A stretch of 64,000 nucleotides of DNA from an uncultured Holophaga sp. (GTDB taxonomy: Bacteria > Acidobacteriota > Holophagae > Holophagales > Holophagaceae), in NCBI GenBank assembly GCA_963664825.1, contig OY761614.1, positions 288,001 through 352,000 on the forward strand. Direction: 5' to 3'. The translations under genes and the position numbers were made by a program. Numbering within the stretch: the first letter of the stretch is position 1; every line of letters starts with the position of its first letter. Below, in pieces: positions 48,506 through 58,157 of the stretch. Below the pieces are notes generated by a model that was not told where the DNA came from, made no database searches, and saw only the letters and a list, made by a program, of their open reading frames with translations.

Positions 48506-50155
48506 TCAGCGAATCAGGACCAACAGCGCCTGGGCCAGGATGATCTTGAAGATCATGGCCACCGGATAGCTGGTGGCATAGCCGATGGCGGGCAGATCGT
48601 TCTTGGTTTGGTCGCTGGCAGCGCCCAGCACCACAGGCATGGTCATGGCCCCCGCCAGGATGCCCAAGAGGAGGTTCATGGGGATCTTCAGCAGCTTGTT
48701 GCCCACACCCACCAGGAAGAGACCCGTGACGAAAGTCACGGCGGCCCCCACCAGGAAGAGGGGCATGCCCATGCCCCCCCGCAGATTATCCAGGAAGCCC
48801 ACCCCCGCGATGGTGCCGATGCCCGCGGAGAACAGCAGCAGGCCCAGCTGACGGATGGTGAGGTTGGCACCATAGGGGAAATGCCAGACGAAGCGCCCCA
48901 CGCGGTTCACCTTGCCCAGGAAGAGGGCCATCACCAACGGTCCCCCGGCGAATCCCAGCTTGAAGGTCATGCCCCCAGGAAGGGGGATGGGCAGCATGCC
49001 CAGGGCCAGCCCCGCGGCCAGTCCCATGGCGAAGGTGAGGAAATCCGCCTCGCTCACCTCCCGGTAGGAATCGCCGAAGAGGGCCGTGACCTCCTCGACG
49101 CGCTCCCGGCGCATGGTGATGCGGATGCGGTCGCCCAGTTCCAGGCGGGTATCGGCGTTGGGCACGAACCAGAGATCCCCCCGGCGCAACCGGGTGACCA
49201 TGGCGTCGAAATCCGAGGGCAGACGCAGCTCCGAAAGGGGACGGCCCACCACCGCCGGATCGCTCACGAAGAGCATCCGGTATTCGAAGTCCCCGGCGTG
49301 GCCTTCCAGCTGCTCGATGGGAGAAGCGACGGCCTCTCCCAGGAGGGTCACCAGGGCGTCCAGCTTCTCGGGTTCGCCGATCACCGTGATGACATCCCCG
49401 CTGCGGAGGGCCGTATCCCCCTTGTAGAGCATCAGCTGGCCCTCCCGCAGGATCCGGCCGAAGACCACTTCGCAGTTCTGGCGGGCCACCACGTCCCGAC
49501 GGGTCATACCCTCGGCTGCGGGCTGGGTCACGCGCACCGTGCGGGGTTCCAGCCGCGAAGCGCCGCTCCGGTATTGGGTGAGGCCCTCGGCCTCCTTCTT
49601 CAGATCCACCCGGAAGATGTGCCGGGCGATGAGGATCACCAGCAGAGGCGCGAGTACGCCCATGGGATAGGCGATGGAATAGGCGAAGGCGTGCTGGGAG
49701 AGATCGGCCGCAGTGCCCCCCTGGCCCTTGATGGCCTCCACGGCACCGGCCAGGGCCGGCGCATTGGTGAAGGCGCCGCTGAAGAGGCCGGCCCCGAAGA
49801 AGCGATTCCACCCGAGGAGCTTTGAAATCCCCACGATCAGGAAGGCCCCGAAGAGGATCGCCAAAATGGTGATGGCGGTATTCTTCAGGCCCCTCAGGTT
49901 CATGGCGGCGAAGAAACCCTGGGCGCTGGTGAGGCCCACCGTGTAGACGAACATGGAGAGGCCCAGCAGGTAGATGATATCGGGCAGGGGTTTGATGCCC
50001 GGCAAGCAGCCCAGGCCCACGCCCACGAAGAGCACGGCGGCCATGCCCAGCGAGGCCCCGGCGATGCGGACCTTGCCCAGAGGCCAGCCCAGGGCCACCA
50101 CCAGGAAGAGCAGCAGCAGGGGGCTCTCGTTGAGGATTCGGACCAGTGTGTGCAT
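48506..50155 (-). CDS. Aspartate:alanine exchanger (AspT/YidE/YbjL) family transporter, paralog 2
   Basis: GAFTNAPAL, LGFAGGPLVMALFLG, GYATSYP. Confidence 0.92.
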   Translation of the reverse strand: MHTLVRILNESPLLLLFLVVALGWPLGKVRIAGASLGMAAVLFVGVGLGCLPGIKPLPDIIYLLGLSMFVYTVGLTSAQGFFAAMNLRGLKNTAITILAILFGAFLIVGISKLLGWNRFFGAGLFSGAFTNAPALAGAVEAIKGQGGTAADLSQHAFAYSIAYPMGVLAPLLVILIARHIFRVDLKKEAEGLTQYRSGASRLEPRTVRVTQPAAEGMTRRDVVARQNCEVVFGRILREGQLMLYKGDTALRSGDVITVIGEPEKLDALVTLLGEAVASPIEQLEGHAGDFEYRMLFVSDPAVVGRPLSELRLPSDFDAMVTRLRRGDLWFVPNADTRLELGDRIRITMRRERVEEVTALFGDSYREVSEADFLTFAMGLAAGLALGMLPIPLPGGMTFKLGFAGGPLVMALFLGKVNRVGRFVWHFPYGANLTIRQLGLLLFSAGIGTIAGVGFLDNLRGGMGMPLFLVGAAVTFVTGLFLVGVGNKLLKIPMNLLLGILAGAMTMPVVLGAASDQTKNDLPAIGYATSYPVAMIFKIILAQALLVLIR

Positions 50156-50371
50156 GTTCACCCCCAAAGCCAGGCCTGCCCAAGACAGGATCGGGACGGA
50201 GCGTGCAGGAATGCCGGACCCGTTGCAACCATTTTATCCGACCCCGCCTGCCTCCTTGTCACGCCGCTGTTCCGGGGATCGCCACGCCCTCGAAGCTGAA
50301 GTGTCCCCGGAAGGCATCTTCTTAAGGCGGAAAGGCTGGCGTCTGCCCCGGAAATTTGAAAAGCTGGGTCC

Positions 50372-51361
50372 ATGAGCACAGCCCTCCATCCCCAGAACGT
50401 CATCGCCCTGGTCTGGGATTTCGACAAGACCCTGATCCCGGGCTACATGCAGGACCCGATTTTCGACGAATACCATATCGACGGGGCCACCTTCTGGCGG
50501 GAGACCAACGCCCTGCCCCTCTATCTCCAGCGGGCCGGTGTCCATGTCCACCCGGATACCTCCTACCTCAACCATCTCCTGACCTATGTCCAGCACGGCC
50601 GCATGCCGAACCTCACCAACGCCAAGCTGCAGCAGCTGGGGGCGAAGATCGTCTTCCATCCGGGGCTGCCGGACTTCTTCCAGCGCCTCAAGGAGGAACT
50701 GGCCGCCTACCCGGACGCCGAGCGCTTCGAACTCAGGCTGGAGCACTACATCGTCTCCACCGGACTCAGGGCCATGATCGAGGGCTCGGCCATCCGGCCC
50801 TTCGTGGAAGGGATCTGGGCCTCGGAATTCATCGAGGCGCCGCCCCCCCCGGGCTTCGACCCCGACGAGACGATCCGTCTCGATGACCCGGACCGGGGCA
50901 GGCCCCTCATCCCGGTCCAGGGCATCACCCAGATCGCCGTGGCCTACGACAACACCAGCAAGACGAGGGCCCTCTTCGAGATCAACAAGGGCGCCAACAA
51001 GACCGCAGGCATCGACGTGAACGCCAAGATGGGCGACGAGGACCGGCGCGTGCCCTTCCAGCACATGATCTACATCGCCGACGGCCCCAGCGATGTGCCG
51101 GCCTTCTCCGTGATGCGCCAGAACAGGGGCACGGCCTACGCCGTATACGACCCCAGCAATTCCTTGAGCCTGGAGCAGGTGGATCGCCTGCGCCGGGATG
51201 GCCGCATCGACCACTTCGGCCCCGCCGATTTCCGTCCCGAGAGCCCCACCAGCCAGTGGCTGACCATGCAGGTGCGCCGCATCGCCGAAGGCATCATCGC
51301 CGACAGGAAGACCGCCCTCTCCGCCCGGGTAGGTTTCGCCCCGAGGCATCTGCCGCACTGA
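50372..51361 (+). CDS. HAD-superfamily hydrolase
   Basis: WDFDKTL motif I, IVSTG, K, YIADGPSDVP motif IV. Confidence 0.88.
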   Translation: MSTALHPQNVIALVWDFDKTLIPGYMQDPIFDEYHIDGATFWRETNALPLYLQRAGVHVHPDTSYLNHLLTYVQHGRMPNLTNAKLQQLGAKIVFHPGLPDFFQRLKEELAAYPDAERFELRLEHYIVSTGLRAMIEGSAIRPFVEGIWASEFIEAPPPPGFDPDETIRLDDPDRGRPLIPVQGITQIAVAYDNTSKTRALFEINKGANKTAGIDVNAKMGDEDRRVPFQHMIYIADGPSDVPAFSVMRQNRGTAYAVYDPSNSLSLEQVDRLRRDGRIDHFGPADFRPESPTSQWLTMQVRRIAEGIIADRKTALSARVGFAPRHLPH

Positions 51362-51646
51362 AAAGGTGCACTCCCGGTAGTCGCCGACGCAGGAGGCGGC
51401 GTAGAGCTGCGGGATCCAGGCTCACCCGAAGGGTGAACTGGAAACCGCAGCGTCCGGGAGTGCCCGAGATAAAGGTGCACTCCCGGTAGCCAGCGCCGAA
51501 GGCGATGGCGTCAAGCAGCAGGGCATAGGCTTGGGCGCAGCCCAAACTATGCCCTGCTGCGTCCGGGAGTGCCCGAGGTGAAGGTGCACTCCCGACAGCC
51601 CGCCCCCGCAGGGGGTGCGACAAGCCCAAGGACTCCGGGAGGAACC
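51362..51646. repeat. Tandem array of structured palindromic units, 109-bp period (2 full units + 1 shortened)
   Basis: AAGGTGCACTCCCG at 51363, 51472, 51581; GCGTCCGGGAGTGCCCGAG at 51450, 51559. Confidence 0.9.
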
Positions 51647-51666
51647 TCGCGCCCCGTGCGAATCGG

Positions 51667-52815
51667 CTACTGGAAGTCCACCGCGTATTCCCCGTCCCGC
51701 ATGAGGGGCAGGATCTTCCCGTCCTCCAGGATCAGATCCACGCGCTTCACCTTCACATCGGGCTGGGTCTCGGGGACGTAGACGCGGTCGATGTGGATGA
51801 CGGCGCCGGGACTGGAGAATTGCTTGGGCCCCACTTGGCCCCCGAAGTGCTCGCTGCGGCCGAAGGCGATGTGCAGGCCCAGCTTCTCGTCCAGGAGGAT
51901 CTCGCCGATGGGCTTCAGGCCGAAGGCCGCCAGCACGCCCAGGCCCAGTTCCGCCAGGTTTCCGTAGGCGGGTTCCGCAGCCAGATGCTCGGCTTCGGCT
52001 CTCGAGGCAGGTCCCTGGGTGAGCACTTCCACGGCCTTGTTGTTCTCGATGCGATAGCGCACGATCTCCGTACCGAACTGTACGGGCAGGATGCCGGCAC
52101 TGCGGCTGGGCTCGGTCTCCCCCTCGAAGGGCACGATGTAGGTCTCGCCCGAAGGCAGGTTGCCGGCCACGCCGGGTTGGGGCAATAGGCCGCCGGAGGC
52201 GTGGGCGCTACGGAAGCGCAGATCCAGGTGCAGCGACTCCTCGCCGCCGGGATGGGAGAACTGGAAGTCGGCACCGGTGGCGCGATCCAGGAGGCCCTTC
52301 AGGAATTCCACCCGGCGGTTCACTTCCGTGTAGTCCAGGCGCAGGGCCGGGATCATGTCCTGGCGGAAGCCCGGCATGGTGGCAGCGCGGATGGGATGCT
52401 TCTTGGCGGCCATCTTCAGGGGGGCCGTGGCGGAGAATTCCGTGGGGGCGATGAGGATGGGATGTGTGGCGTAGATCTCCCCAAAGGAAATGGAAGCCCC
52501 AGCGTCCAGGCCTTCTGTCGTCCTGGGCAGGGGGCCGCCCTTGTGGATCCAGCAGCGCTCGGGCAGGTCCCCGTTATTGGTGTGGACATTGGGATAGAGC
52601 ACGAGGTCGGTCTCCATGCCCAGGGAGGCGCGATGGGCCTTGAGTTCGGCCACCCAGGCCTGGGCGATCTCCCGGCGGGCGGCCCAGTCTGCGTTATCCG
52701 GCGACTGGGCGTCAGGTAGATCCACCAGGAAAGCCAGGGCCTTCTCGCCCGCCTGGGGCAGGAAGACCCGCTTCACCAGAGCCACCAGTTCCTCACCACT
52801 CAGCCGCTCTGACAT
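51667..52815 (-). CDS. Aminopeptidase T / M29-like metallopeptidase
   Basis: ATMPG, NLPSGETY, NLAELGLG, LLDEK..LHIAFG. Confidence 0.75.
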   Translation of the reverse strand: MSERLSGEELVALVKRVFLPQAGEKALAFLVDLPDAQSPDNADWAARREIAQAWVAELKAHRASLGMETDLVLYPNVHTNNGDLPERCWIHKGGPLPRTTEGLDAGASISFGEIYATHPILIAPTEFSATAPLKMAAKKHPIRAATMPGFRQDMIPALRLDYTEVNRRVEFLKGLLDRATGADFQFSHPGGEESLHLDLRFRSAHASGGLLPQPGVAGNLPSGETYIVPFEGETEPSRSAGILPVQFGTEIVRYRIENNKAVEVLTQGPASRAEAEHLAAEPAYGNLAELGLGVLAAFGLKPIGEILLDEKLGLHIAFGRSEHFGGQVGPKQFSSPGAVIHIDRVYVPETQPDVKVKRVDLILEDGKILPLMRDGEYAVDFQ

Positions 52816-52867
52816 GAATGCCTCCAGACCCCAGTATTCTCCGAGAGGCCCATCGAACGCAAAGGTT

Positions 52868-54787
52868 TCAAGCCGCTCCTCCAGAGGCTCGCCTGGCGAG
52901 TTCCCGCGCCACCACCTGGGCCTTCACCAGTTCCGGGGCTGTCCATCTCCCGGCGGCGCGCGCCTCGGCCAGCGCCTCCTGCACGAGGCTGGCCAGATCT
53001 GTCCACAGTTTCCGATCCTCCAGGGCGATCTCCGGCAGGACCAGGGCCACCCTCTGCCGGACGGCCCAGGGGTTGCGCCCCTCCCAGGCCCCGCGCACCT
53101 GGCCCATGAAAAGCCGCCCCGCGCCGGGCCCCAGGTCCGCCTGCACCCGGACCAGGGCCTCCAGAGCCACGGCATGGAGGACGGGGGTCTTGAGTTCCTC
53201 CACCTTGGCGCAGAGCGTTTCGGTCGCTCCTGGATCGGCAATGTCGCACAGGGCCTGGGCCAAGGCGATCTGCATCCTCGGGCTCTGCCCGGAATGGAGG
53301 AGTTCGGCCAGGGCCGGGGCCACCTCCGCCGACGCGCTGCTGCCCAGGGATTCCAGGGCCTCCAGGGCCAGTTCCTCCCGGCTGGAATTGCGCACGAGCT
53401 CCAGAAGTTCCCGGGCGAGGCCTGTGAGGCGATGGAGCCCGATGAAACGGATACCCATCCGGATATCCTCCAGACGCTCCGCGCGGAGGAGCTCCCCCGC
53501 CACCTGTTCCGCCCCGGGAAGCAGCCCGAGATGGACCATGGCCCGCTGGGCGATATCGACGATGGAGTCCCGACAGGCCGCCAGGAGGATCGTACGCAGG
53601 GCTTCCTCTCTGCGCTCCCCCAGAACCTCCAGCGCCGCGGCCCGAGAGGGGTTGTCGGGGCAATGCAGCAGCAGTTCCATCAGCCCGGAGCTCTCAGTGG
53701 GGGCCAGGGAGGCCAGGGCCCGCGCCACGCCTTCCCGCCCGGTCTGAAGCCTCAGGGCGGCCTCCAGGATCGGCAGGACCTCCGAGGGGGGCAGGAACTG
53801 AGCCTTCACCAAGCCAGCCAACCCTTCAGCGCCGACATCCATGGCGAAGGCCAGCCGCCTAGCGCGCAGATTCATGGCCTCCGAGGTTTCGGTGTGAAGG
53901 GCCTGGAGCCGGGTGTTCTTGTTTGCCTGGATGGTGAGGAGGACCTCGGCTAGGAACCGATCCGGGAGGCCCACGGCCCGCTCCATCAGGCCTTCCGCAG
54001 CCTGTCCTGCCCGCAGAGCCTCCAGCACCTCCCCTTCCCGAGCCTGGAAGGGGGCCGAGAGGCGCGCCAGGGCAACCTCCCGGGCAGCCTCCCCAGTCAG
54101 CCCCCGAAGGGCCCCCAATAGCTCCTTCAGGAGCCGGTCCTCCAGCACTTCCCGATGACATTCCTCGAGGAAACCCGCCAGGAAAGCCGCAGCCTCCACC
54201 GACTGGATACTCCCCAACAGCCTTATGGCGTGACGAAAGATCAGCAGATCGGGATGCATGAGGAGATTCTTGAGGGAATCCAGCTTGGACGGATCCAGCA
54301 GCTGACCCAGCTGCCGAGCGGCCTCATTGGCCACGGAAGGATTTCCACTGCCCTCCAGCAGGAGGCCCAGATGATGTTCCCAGGCCAGGGCGGGGTCGGC
54401 CTGAGCCAGCACCTCGGCCACCCGCTCGGGGAATCCAGGGCCAGAAGCCACCTGGGCCAGCTCCCGGAGGGCTTCCAGGGCCTCGGGGTTCCCGATGCGC
54501 CCCAAGGCCTCCACGCCCAGGCCAAAGAATTCAGGGTCTGATTCATGCCGGAGCGCCCGGGCCAAGATGGGCACCGAGAGCGGCCAGGCGTAATAGAAAC
54601 AGCCCTCGAAGACCAATTGGCGGAAGGCGTGGGATGCGCCGGCCCGGTGGAGCCTGGGGCCGAGCTCCTCGAGACCTTCCGCCCCCACGTCATGCAGGGC
54701 GCGGAAGAAGCTCAGCTGATCGGCAGGTTCCGAGGCGTCCAGGTGATCCAGGATGGCGCAGAATTGTTCCTGGGCGCTGGAGCTCAT
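52868..54787 (-). CDS. HEAT-repeat protein
   Basis: Repeated helical units (VEALGRIGNPEALEAL; AAALEVLG; ALQALCDI-like); ATGA overlap with the PilZ gene. Confidence 0.8.
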   Translation of the reverse strand: MSSSAQEQFCAILDHLDASEPADQLSFFRALHDVGAEGLEELGPRLHRAGASHAFRQLVFEGCFYYAWPLSVPILARALRHESDPEFFGLGVEALGRIGNPEALEALRELAQVASGPGFPERVAEVLAQADPALAWEHHLGLLLEGSGNPSVANEAARQLGQLLDPSKLDSLKNLLMHPDLLIFRHAIRLLGSIQSVEAAAFLAGFLEECHREVLEDRLLKELLGALRGLTGEAAREVALARLSAPFQAREGEVLEALRAGQAAEGLMERAVGLPDRFLAEVLLTIQANKNTRLQALHTETSEAMNLRARRLAFAMDVGAEGLAGLVKAQFLPPSEVLPILEAALRLQTGREGVARALASLAPTESSGLMELLLHCPDNPSRAAALEVLGERREEALRTILLAACRDSIVDIAQRAMVHLGLLPGAEQVAGELLRAERLEDIRMGIRFIGLHRLTGLARELLELVRNSSREELALEALESLGSSASAEVAPALAELLHSGQSPRMQIALAQALCDIADPGATETLCAKVEELKTPVLHAVALEALVRVQADLGPGAGRLFMGQVRGAWEGRNPWAVRQRVALVLPEIALEDRKLWTDLASLVQEALAEARAAGRWTAPELVKAQVVARELARRASGGAA

Positions 54788-55188
54788 GATTCCACCGCCA
54801 CCAGGCAGGTCGACACATGGTCCTGGATGAGCCCCTGCACGAAGGGCGTGATCAGCGAGAAGTCGACCCCCACCAGGGCATAGCCTTGGGTCTTGCCGAC
54901 CACCTTGCCCAGGATCCGAATCACCGTGGCCTGGAGGGGAACATAGGGCAGATTGGGGTGATCCAGGTAGAAATGCTCGAGCACCAACCCTGTATCGAGA
55001 TGGCGAACTTCGGGCATCTGGACCTCGAGGCCGCATCCGGAGGCACTGAGATTGGCCAGCCGACCTCCTTCGATCCTCCGATTCTGGATCTGGAAACAAA
55101 CCCTGTAGCTCGGATCCGAGACGCTCATCCTCGGGAAACGGCGCTGCTCGAGGTATTCGACCAAGGGGCCCTCCCATCGGCCTCCCAT
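54784..55188 (-). CDS. PilZ-domain protein (start uncertain; alternative TTG at 55164)
   Basis: EQRRFPR (RxxxR) and NLSASG (D/NxSxxG) c-di-GMP motifs. Confidence 0.85.
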   Translation of the reverse strand: MGGRWEGPLVEYLEQRRFPRMSVSDPSYRVCFQIQNRRIEGGRLANLSASGCGLEVQMPEVRHLDTGLVLEHFYLDHPNLPYVPLQATVIRILGKVVGKTQGYALVGVDFSLITPFVQGLIQDHVSTCLVAVES

Positions 55189-55307
55189 TCTTCCAGAAGC
55201 GGAAGGGAGCATCTGTGAATTCTGGGGACTTTCGGCCCGCCCCGCCATGGTCACACAAACGTTGACGCCCCCGCTCGCGCCCGTTGAAATGGAACGGGAG
55301 AAGATCT

Positions 55308-56027
55308 GTGACTCGGAAAGCCTCGAAGAAGCCCCTCCGGCAGCGGCTGCTGCACCTTTTGGGCTGGAGCGCCCTGGCCTTCCTGGGCAGCACCCTCCTG
55401 AGCGCCCTGGTATTCCGCTTCGTGCCCGTGCCTTTTTCAGGCCTGATGGTGGAACGCCGAGTGCAGTCCTGGTCGAGCGATGAGCCCTATTCCCCACGCT
55501 ATCATTGGGTTTCCCTGGATGATATCTCCCCCAGCATGGGAGTGGCCGTCATCGCCAGCGAGGACCAGAATTTCCCGGACCACTTCGGCTTCGACTGGAA
55601 GGCCATCGAGAAGGCCGTGGCCCATAACGAGAAGAGCCGCCGGAAGCGGGGCGCCTCCACGGTCTCGATGCAGACCGCCAAGAACCTCTTCCTCTGGGAT
55701 TCCCGCTCCTGGGTGCGCAAGGGCTTCGAGGCCTACTTCACGCTGCTCCTGGAGAGCACCTGGTCCAAGAGGCGCATCCTGGAGGTCTATCTCAATATCG
55801 TGGAATTCGGCGATGGCATCTTCGGCGTGGAGGCAGCTTCTCGCGCCTATTTCGGCAAACCCGCCAAGCGCCTCAACCCCGGCGAAGCCGCCCTCCTGGC
55901 CGCCGTCCTGCCCAACCCCCACAAGTTCCACGCCAACGCCCCTAGCGATTACATCCGGGGCAGGCAGGCCTGGATCCTGGGTCAGATGCACCGGCTGGGG
56001 GGCGCCCAGGTGGTCAAGGCACTCTAA
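55308..56027 (+). CDS. mtgA: Monofunctional biosynthetic peptidoglycan transglycosylase
   Basis: [38 protein letters not shown]. Confidence 0.95.
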   Translation: MTRKASKKPLRQRLLHLLGWSALAFLGSTLLSALVFRFVPVPFSGLMVERRVQSWSSDEPYSPRYHWVSLDDISPSMGVAVIASEDQNFPDHFGFDWKAIEKAVAHNEKSRRKRGASTVSMQTAKNLFLWDSRSWVRKGFEAYFTLLLESTWSKRRILEVYLNIVEFGDGIFGVEAASRAYFGKPAKRLNPGEAALLAAVLPNPHKFHANAPSDYIRGRQAWILGQMHRLGGAQVVKAL

Positions 56028-56064
56028 GGGGAAGTGACTTCCTCCTTTTTCCTGCGACTTACGA

Positions 56065-57312
56065 TCATGGTTCGATCCGCATGCCCCGGGCCAGGGTGGT
56101 GCCCTTCGGGATCACCACGATGCCATCCTGGACGACCCAGGTGCCTTCGTCCCGGGAGGTGCCGCGCGGGAAGGGCCGAATCACCACATCGGCGCCGATC
56201 CGCACGTTCTTATCCAGGATGGCCCCTTCGATGTGGCAGCCGGAACCGATGCCCAGGGGCGTCAGGGAATAGGGGCGGTCATAGATATCGGCCCCCATGA
56301 CGATACTGTCCCGGATGGTGGTGCCCGCGCCGATCTGACTGCGCAGGCCGATGATCGAATGGGTGATCTCGGCCTTCTCGATGACGCAGCCTTCAGCCAG
56401 CAGCACTTCGGTCAAGCGGCTATCGGTGACGATGCTGCCGGGCAGGAAGCGCGAATGGGTGTAGATGGGGCGGTGGGCGTCATAGAAGTTGAAGGGGGAA
56501 TCCGGCCGCGTCAGCCGCAGATTCGTGTCGTAGAAGGATCGGATGGTGCCGATGTCCTCCCAATACCCGTCGAAGTCGAAGCCGAAGACCGGCTGGCGGG
56601 AGATGGCATAGGGGATCACGTCGCTGCCGAAGTCATCGAAATCTGGGTGCTGCTCCAGCAGATCCACGAGCACCTGGGTGCGGAAGGCGTAGATGCCCAT
56701 GGAGCCCAGGAAGGGACGCTGGGCGTCATCCCGGCTCACCATGCGGGCCTGGACCTCAGGGTCGGTGGGCTTTTCCACGAAATCCTGGATGCGCCCATCC
56801 TCGCCCCGTTTGAGGATGCCGAAGCGGGGCGCCTCCTCCTTGGCCACGGGCTGGACGGCCACCGTGATATCGGCCTCATTCTCCACATGGAAGGCCATCA
56901 TGGCCGCGTAATCCATGCGGTAGAGATGGTCCCCGGCCAGTATCAGCACGTGTTCGGCGCCGGTGCCGGTGATCTGGGCCAGCTGCTTGCGTATGGCGTC
57001 GGCCGTGCCCATGTACCAGGCATCGCTGGAGGGCGTCTGTTCCGCGGCCAGCACCTGCACCCAGCCCGTGTGGAAGGCATCGAACTTGTAGGTCTCGGAG
57101 ATATGCCGGTGGAGGGAGACCGAATTGAACTGGGTCAGCACGTGCACCCGGAGAATGCCTGAATTGATGCAGTTGCTGATGGGGATATCGATGAGGCGGT
57201 ACTTGCCCGCGATCGGCACGGCGGGCTTGGCACGCATCTTGGTGAGCGGATAGAGTCGCGCGCCCCGCCCACCCCCGAGGATGACGGCCAGGACATCATT
57301 CAGAACCTGCAT
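56065..57312 (-). CDS. glgC: Glucose-1-phosphate adenylyltransferase
   Basis: ILGGGRGARLYPLT.MRAKPAVP, GTADA, GDHLYRMDY, YWEDIGT. Confidence 0.96.
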   Translation of the reverse strand: MQVLNDVLAVILGGGRGARLYPLTKMRAKPAVPIAGKYRLIDIPISNCINSGILRVHVLTQFNSVSLHRHISETYKFDAFHTGWVQVLAAEQTPSSDAWYMGTADAIRKQLAQITGTGAEHVLILAGDHLYRMDYAAMMAFHVENEADITVAVQPVAKEEAPRFGILKRGEDGRIQDFVEKPTDPEVQARMVSRDDAQRPFLGSMGIYAFRTQVLVDLLEQHPDFDDFGSDVIPYAISRQPVFGFDFDGYWEDIGTIRSFYDTNLRLTRPDSPFNFYDAHRPIYTHSRFLPGSIVTDSRLTEVLLAEGCVIEKAEITHSIIGLRSQIGAGTTIRDSIVMGADIYDRPYSLTPLGIGSGCHIEGAILDKNVRIGADVVIRPFPRGTSRDEGTWVVQDGIVVIPKGTTLARGMRIEP

Positions 57313-57401
57313 GGCTCCCTCCCCTTCTTCCATCGGCTTCCCGACAATCCCCTTGAATAACGACACTTCGAGCCGGAGGATTCGGCAAGATCCGTCCAGG
57401 C

Positions 57402-57773
57402 TCAGTTCAGGCCCAATTCCTCCAGGCGTTTCTCACCAATCCCGAAATGATGGGCGATCTCGTGGAGCACGGTGAGCGCCACCTCCCGACGCAGTTCCTC
57501 CGGCTCCTTAAAATCCTCCCGCAGGGCCCCCCGGTAGAGGGTTATGCGGTCGGGCATGTCCCCTTGGTCGAAGTGCCGCTCCGTCAGGGGAGTCCCCGTG
57601 TAGAGCCCGTAGAGCCCCCGATCCTTCGGAATCCCCATGGCACGAAGCAGCGCTGCGCTCGGCCATTCCTCCACGAGGATTTCCACATTCTCCAGATAGG
57701 GGCTGAATTCCGCCGGGATCAACTCGAGCGCCTCAGTCAACAGTTTATTAAAAGCCTGATCGATCTCCCCCAT
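57402..57773 (-). CDS. Zincin-like metallopeptidase family protein
   Basis: LYGLYTGTPL, PDRITLYR, HEIAHHFG (HExxH). Confidence 0.9.
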   Translation of the reverse strand: MGEIDQAFNKLLTEALELIPAEFSPYLENVEILVEEWPSAALLRAMGIPKDRGLYGLYTGTPLTERHFDQGDMPDRITLYRGALREDFKEPEELRREVALTVLHEIAHHFGIGEKRLEELGLN

Positions 57774-57913
57774 GGCCCTTCTCCGTCCAAGCGGCCTACA
57801 GGTAGAACATAGGATCAATCAGCCCAATGCCCAGGAAATAGGCATAGGTATCGGTATTTTACGATGGCATCGCCTTTGAATAGTCTTAGGTTTCAGGTGT
57901 TCAGAGGTGCCCG

Positions 57914-58120
57914 ATGGCATACCTGTTCGAACGGCGGCAGAACTGGCATCGGATCATTGGCCTGGAGCGGCGAGGGGCCCCCTTCAGGACCCTGATGGGC
58001 CGCCCCCTGCCCGATCCCACCCGCCTATTGGACGAGGAGTTCCGGGCTGGAGAAGACCCAAGGCAAGAGAACGGCACCCGGAGGGCAGAGCCCTGGCGCC
58101 CGGGGAACAAGCAGCCCTAG
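57914..58120 (+). CDS. Possible small hypothetical protein
   Basis: GAGGTG RBS; fills an otherwise empty gap; no recognisable motif. Confidence 0.35.
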   Translation: MAYLFERRQNWHRIIGLERRGAPFRTLMGRPLPDPTRLLDEEFRAGEDPRQENGTRRAEPWRPGNKQP

Positions 58121-58157
58121 GACCGGTCTCTATCCTTATTTCGTTGCGGTCTGGGAC

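Noticed and set aside
51362..51646. CRISPR array
   Set aside because: The interiors are 69 nt, mutually alignable and share one fold. There are only about 2.5 units and no cas genes in the window.
54788..55393. N-terminal 200-aa extension of the HEAT ORF
   Set aside because: Overlaps the PilZ gene in another frame. The ATGA coupling at 54784-54787 marks the likely start.
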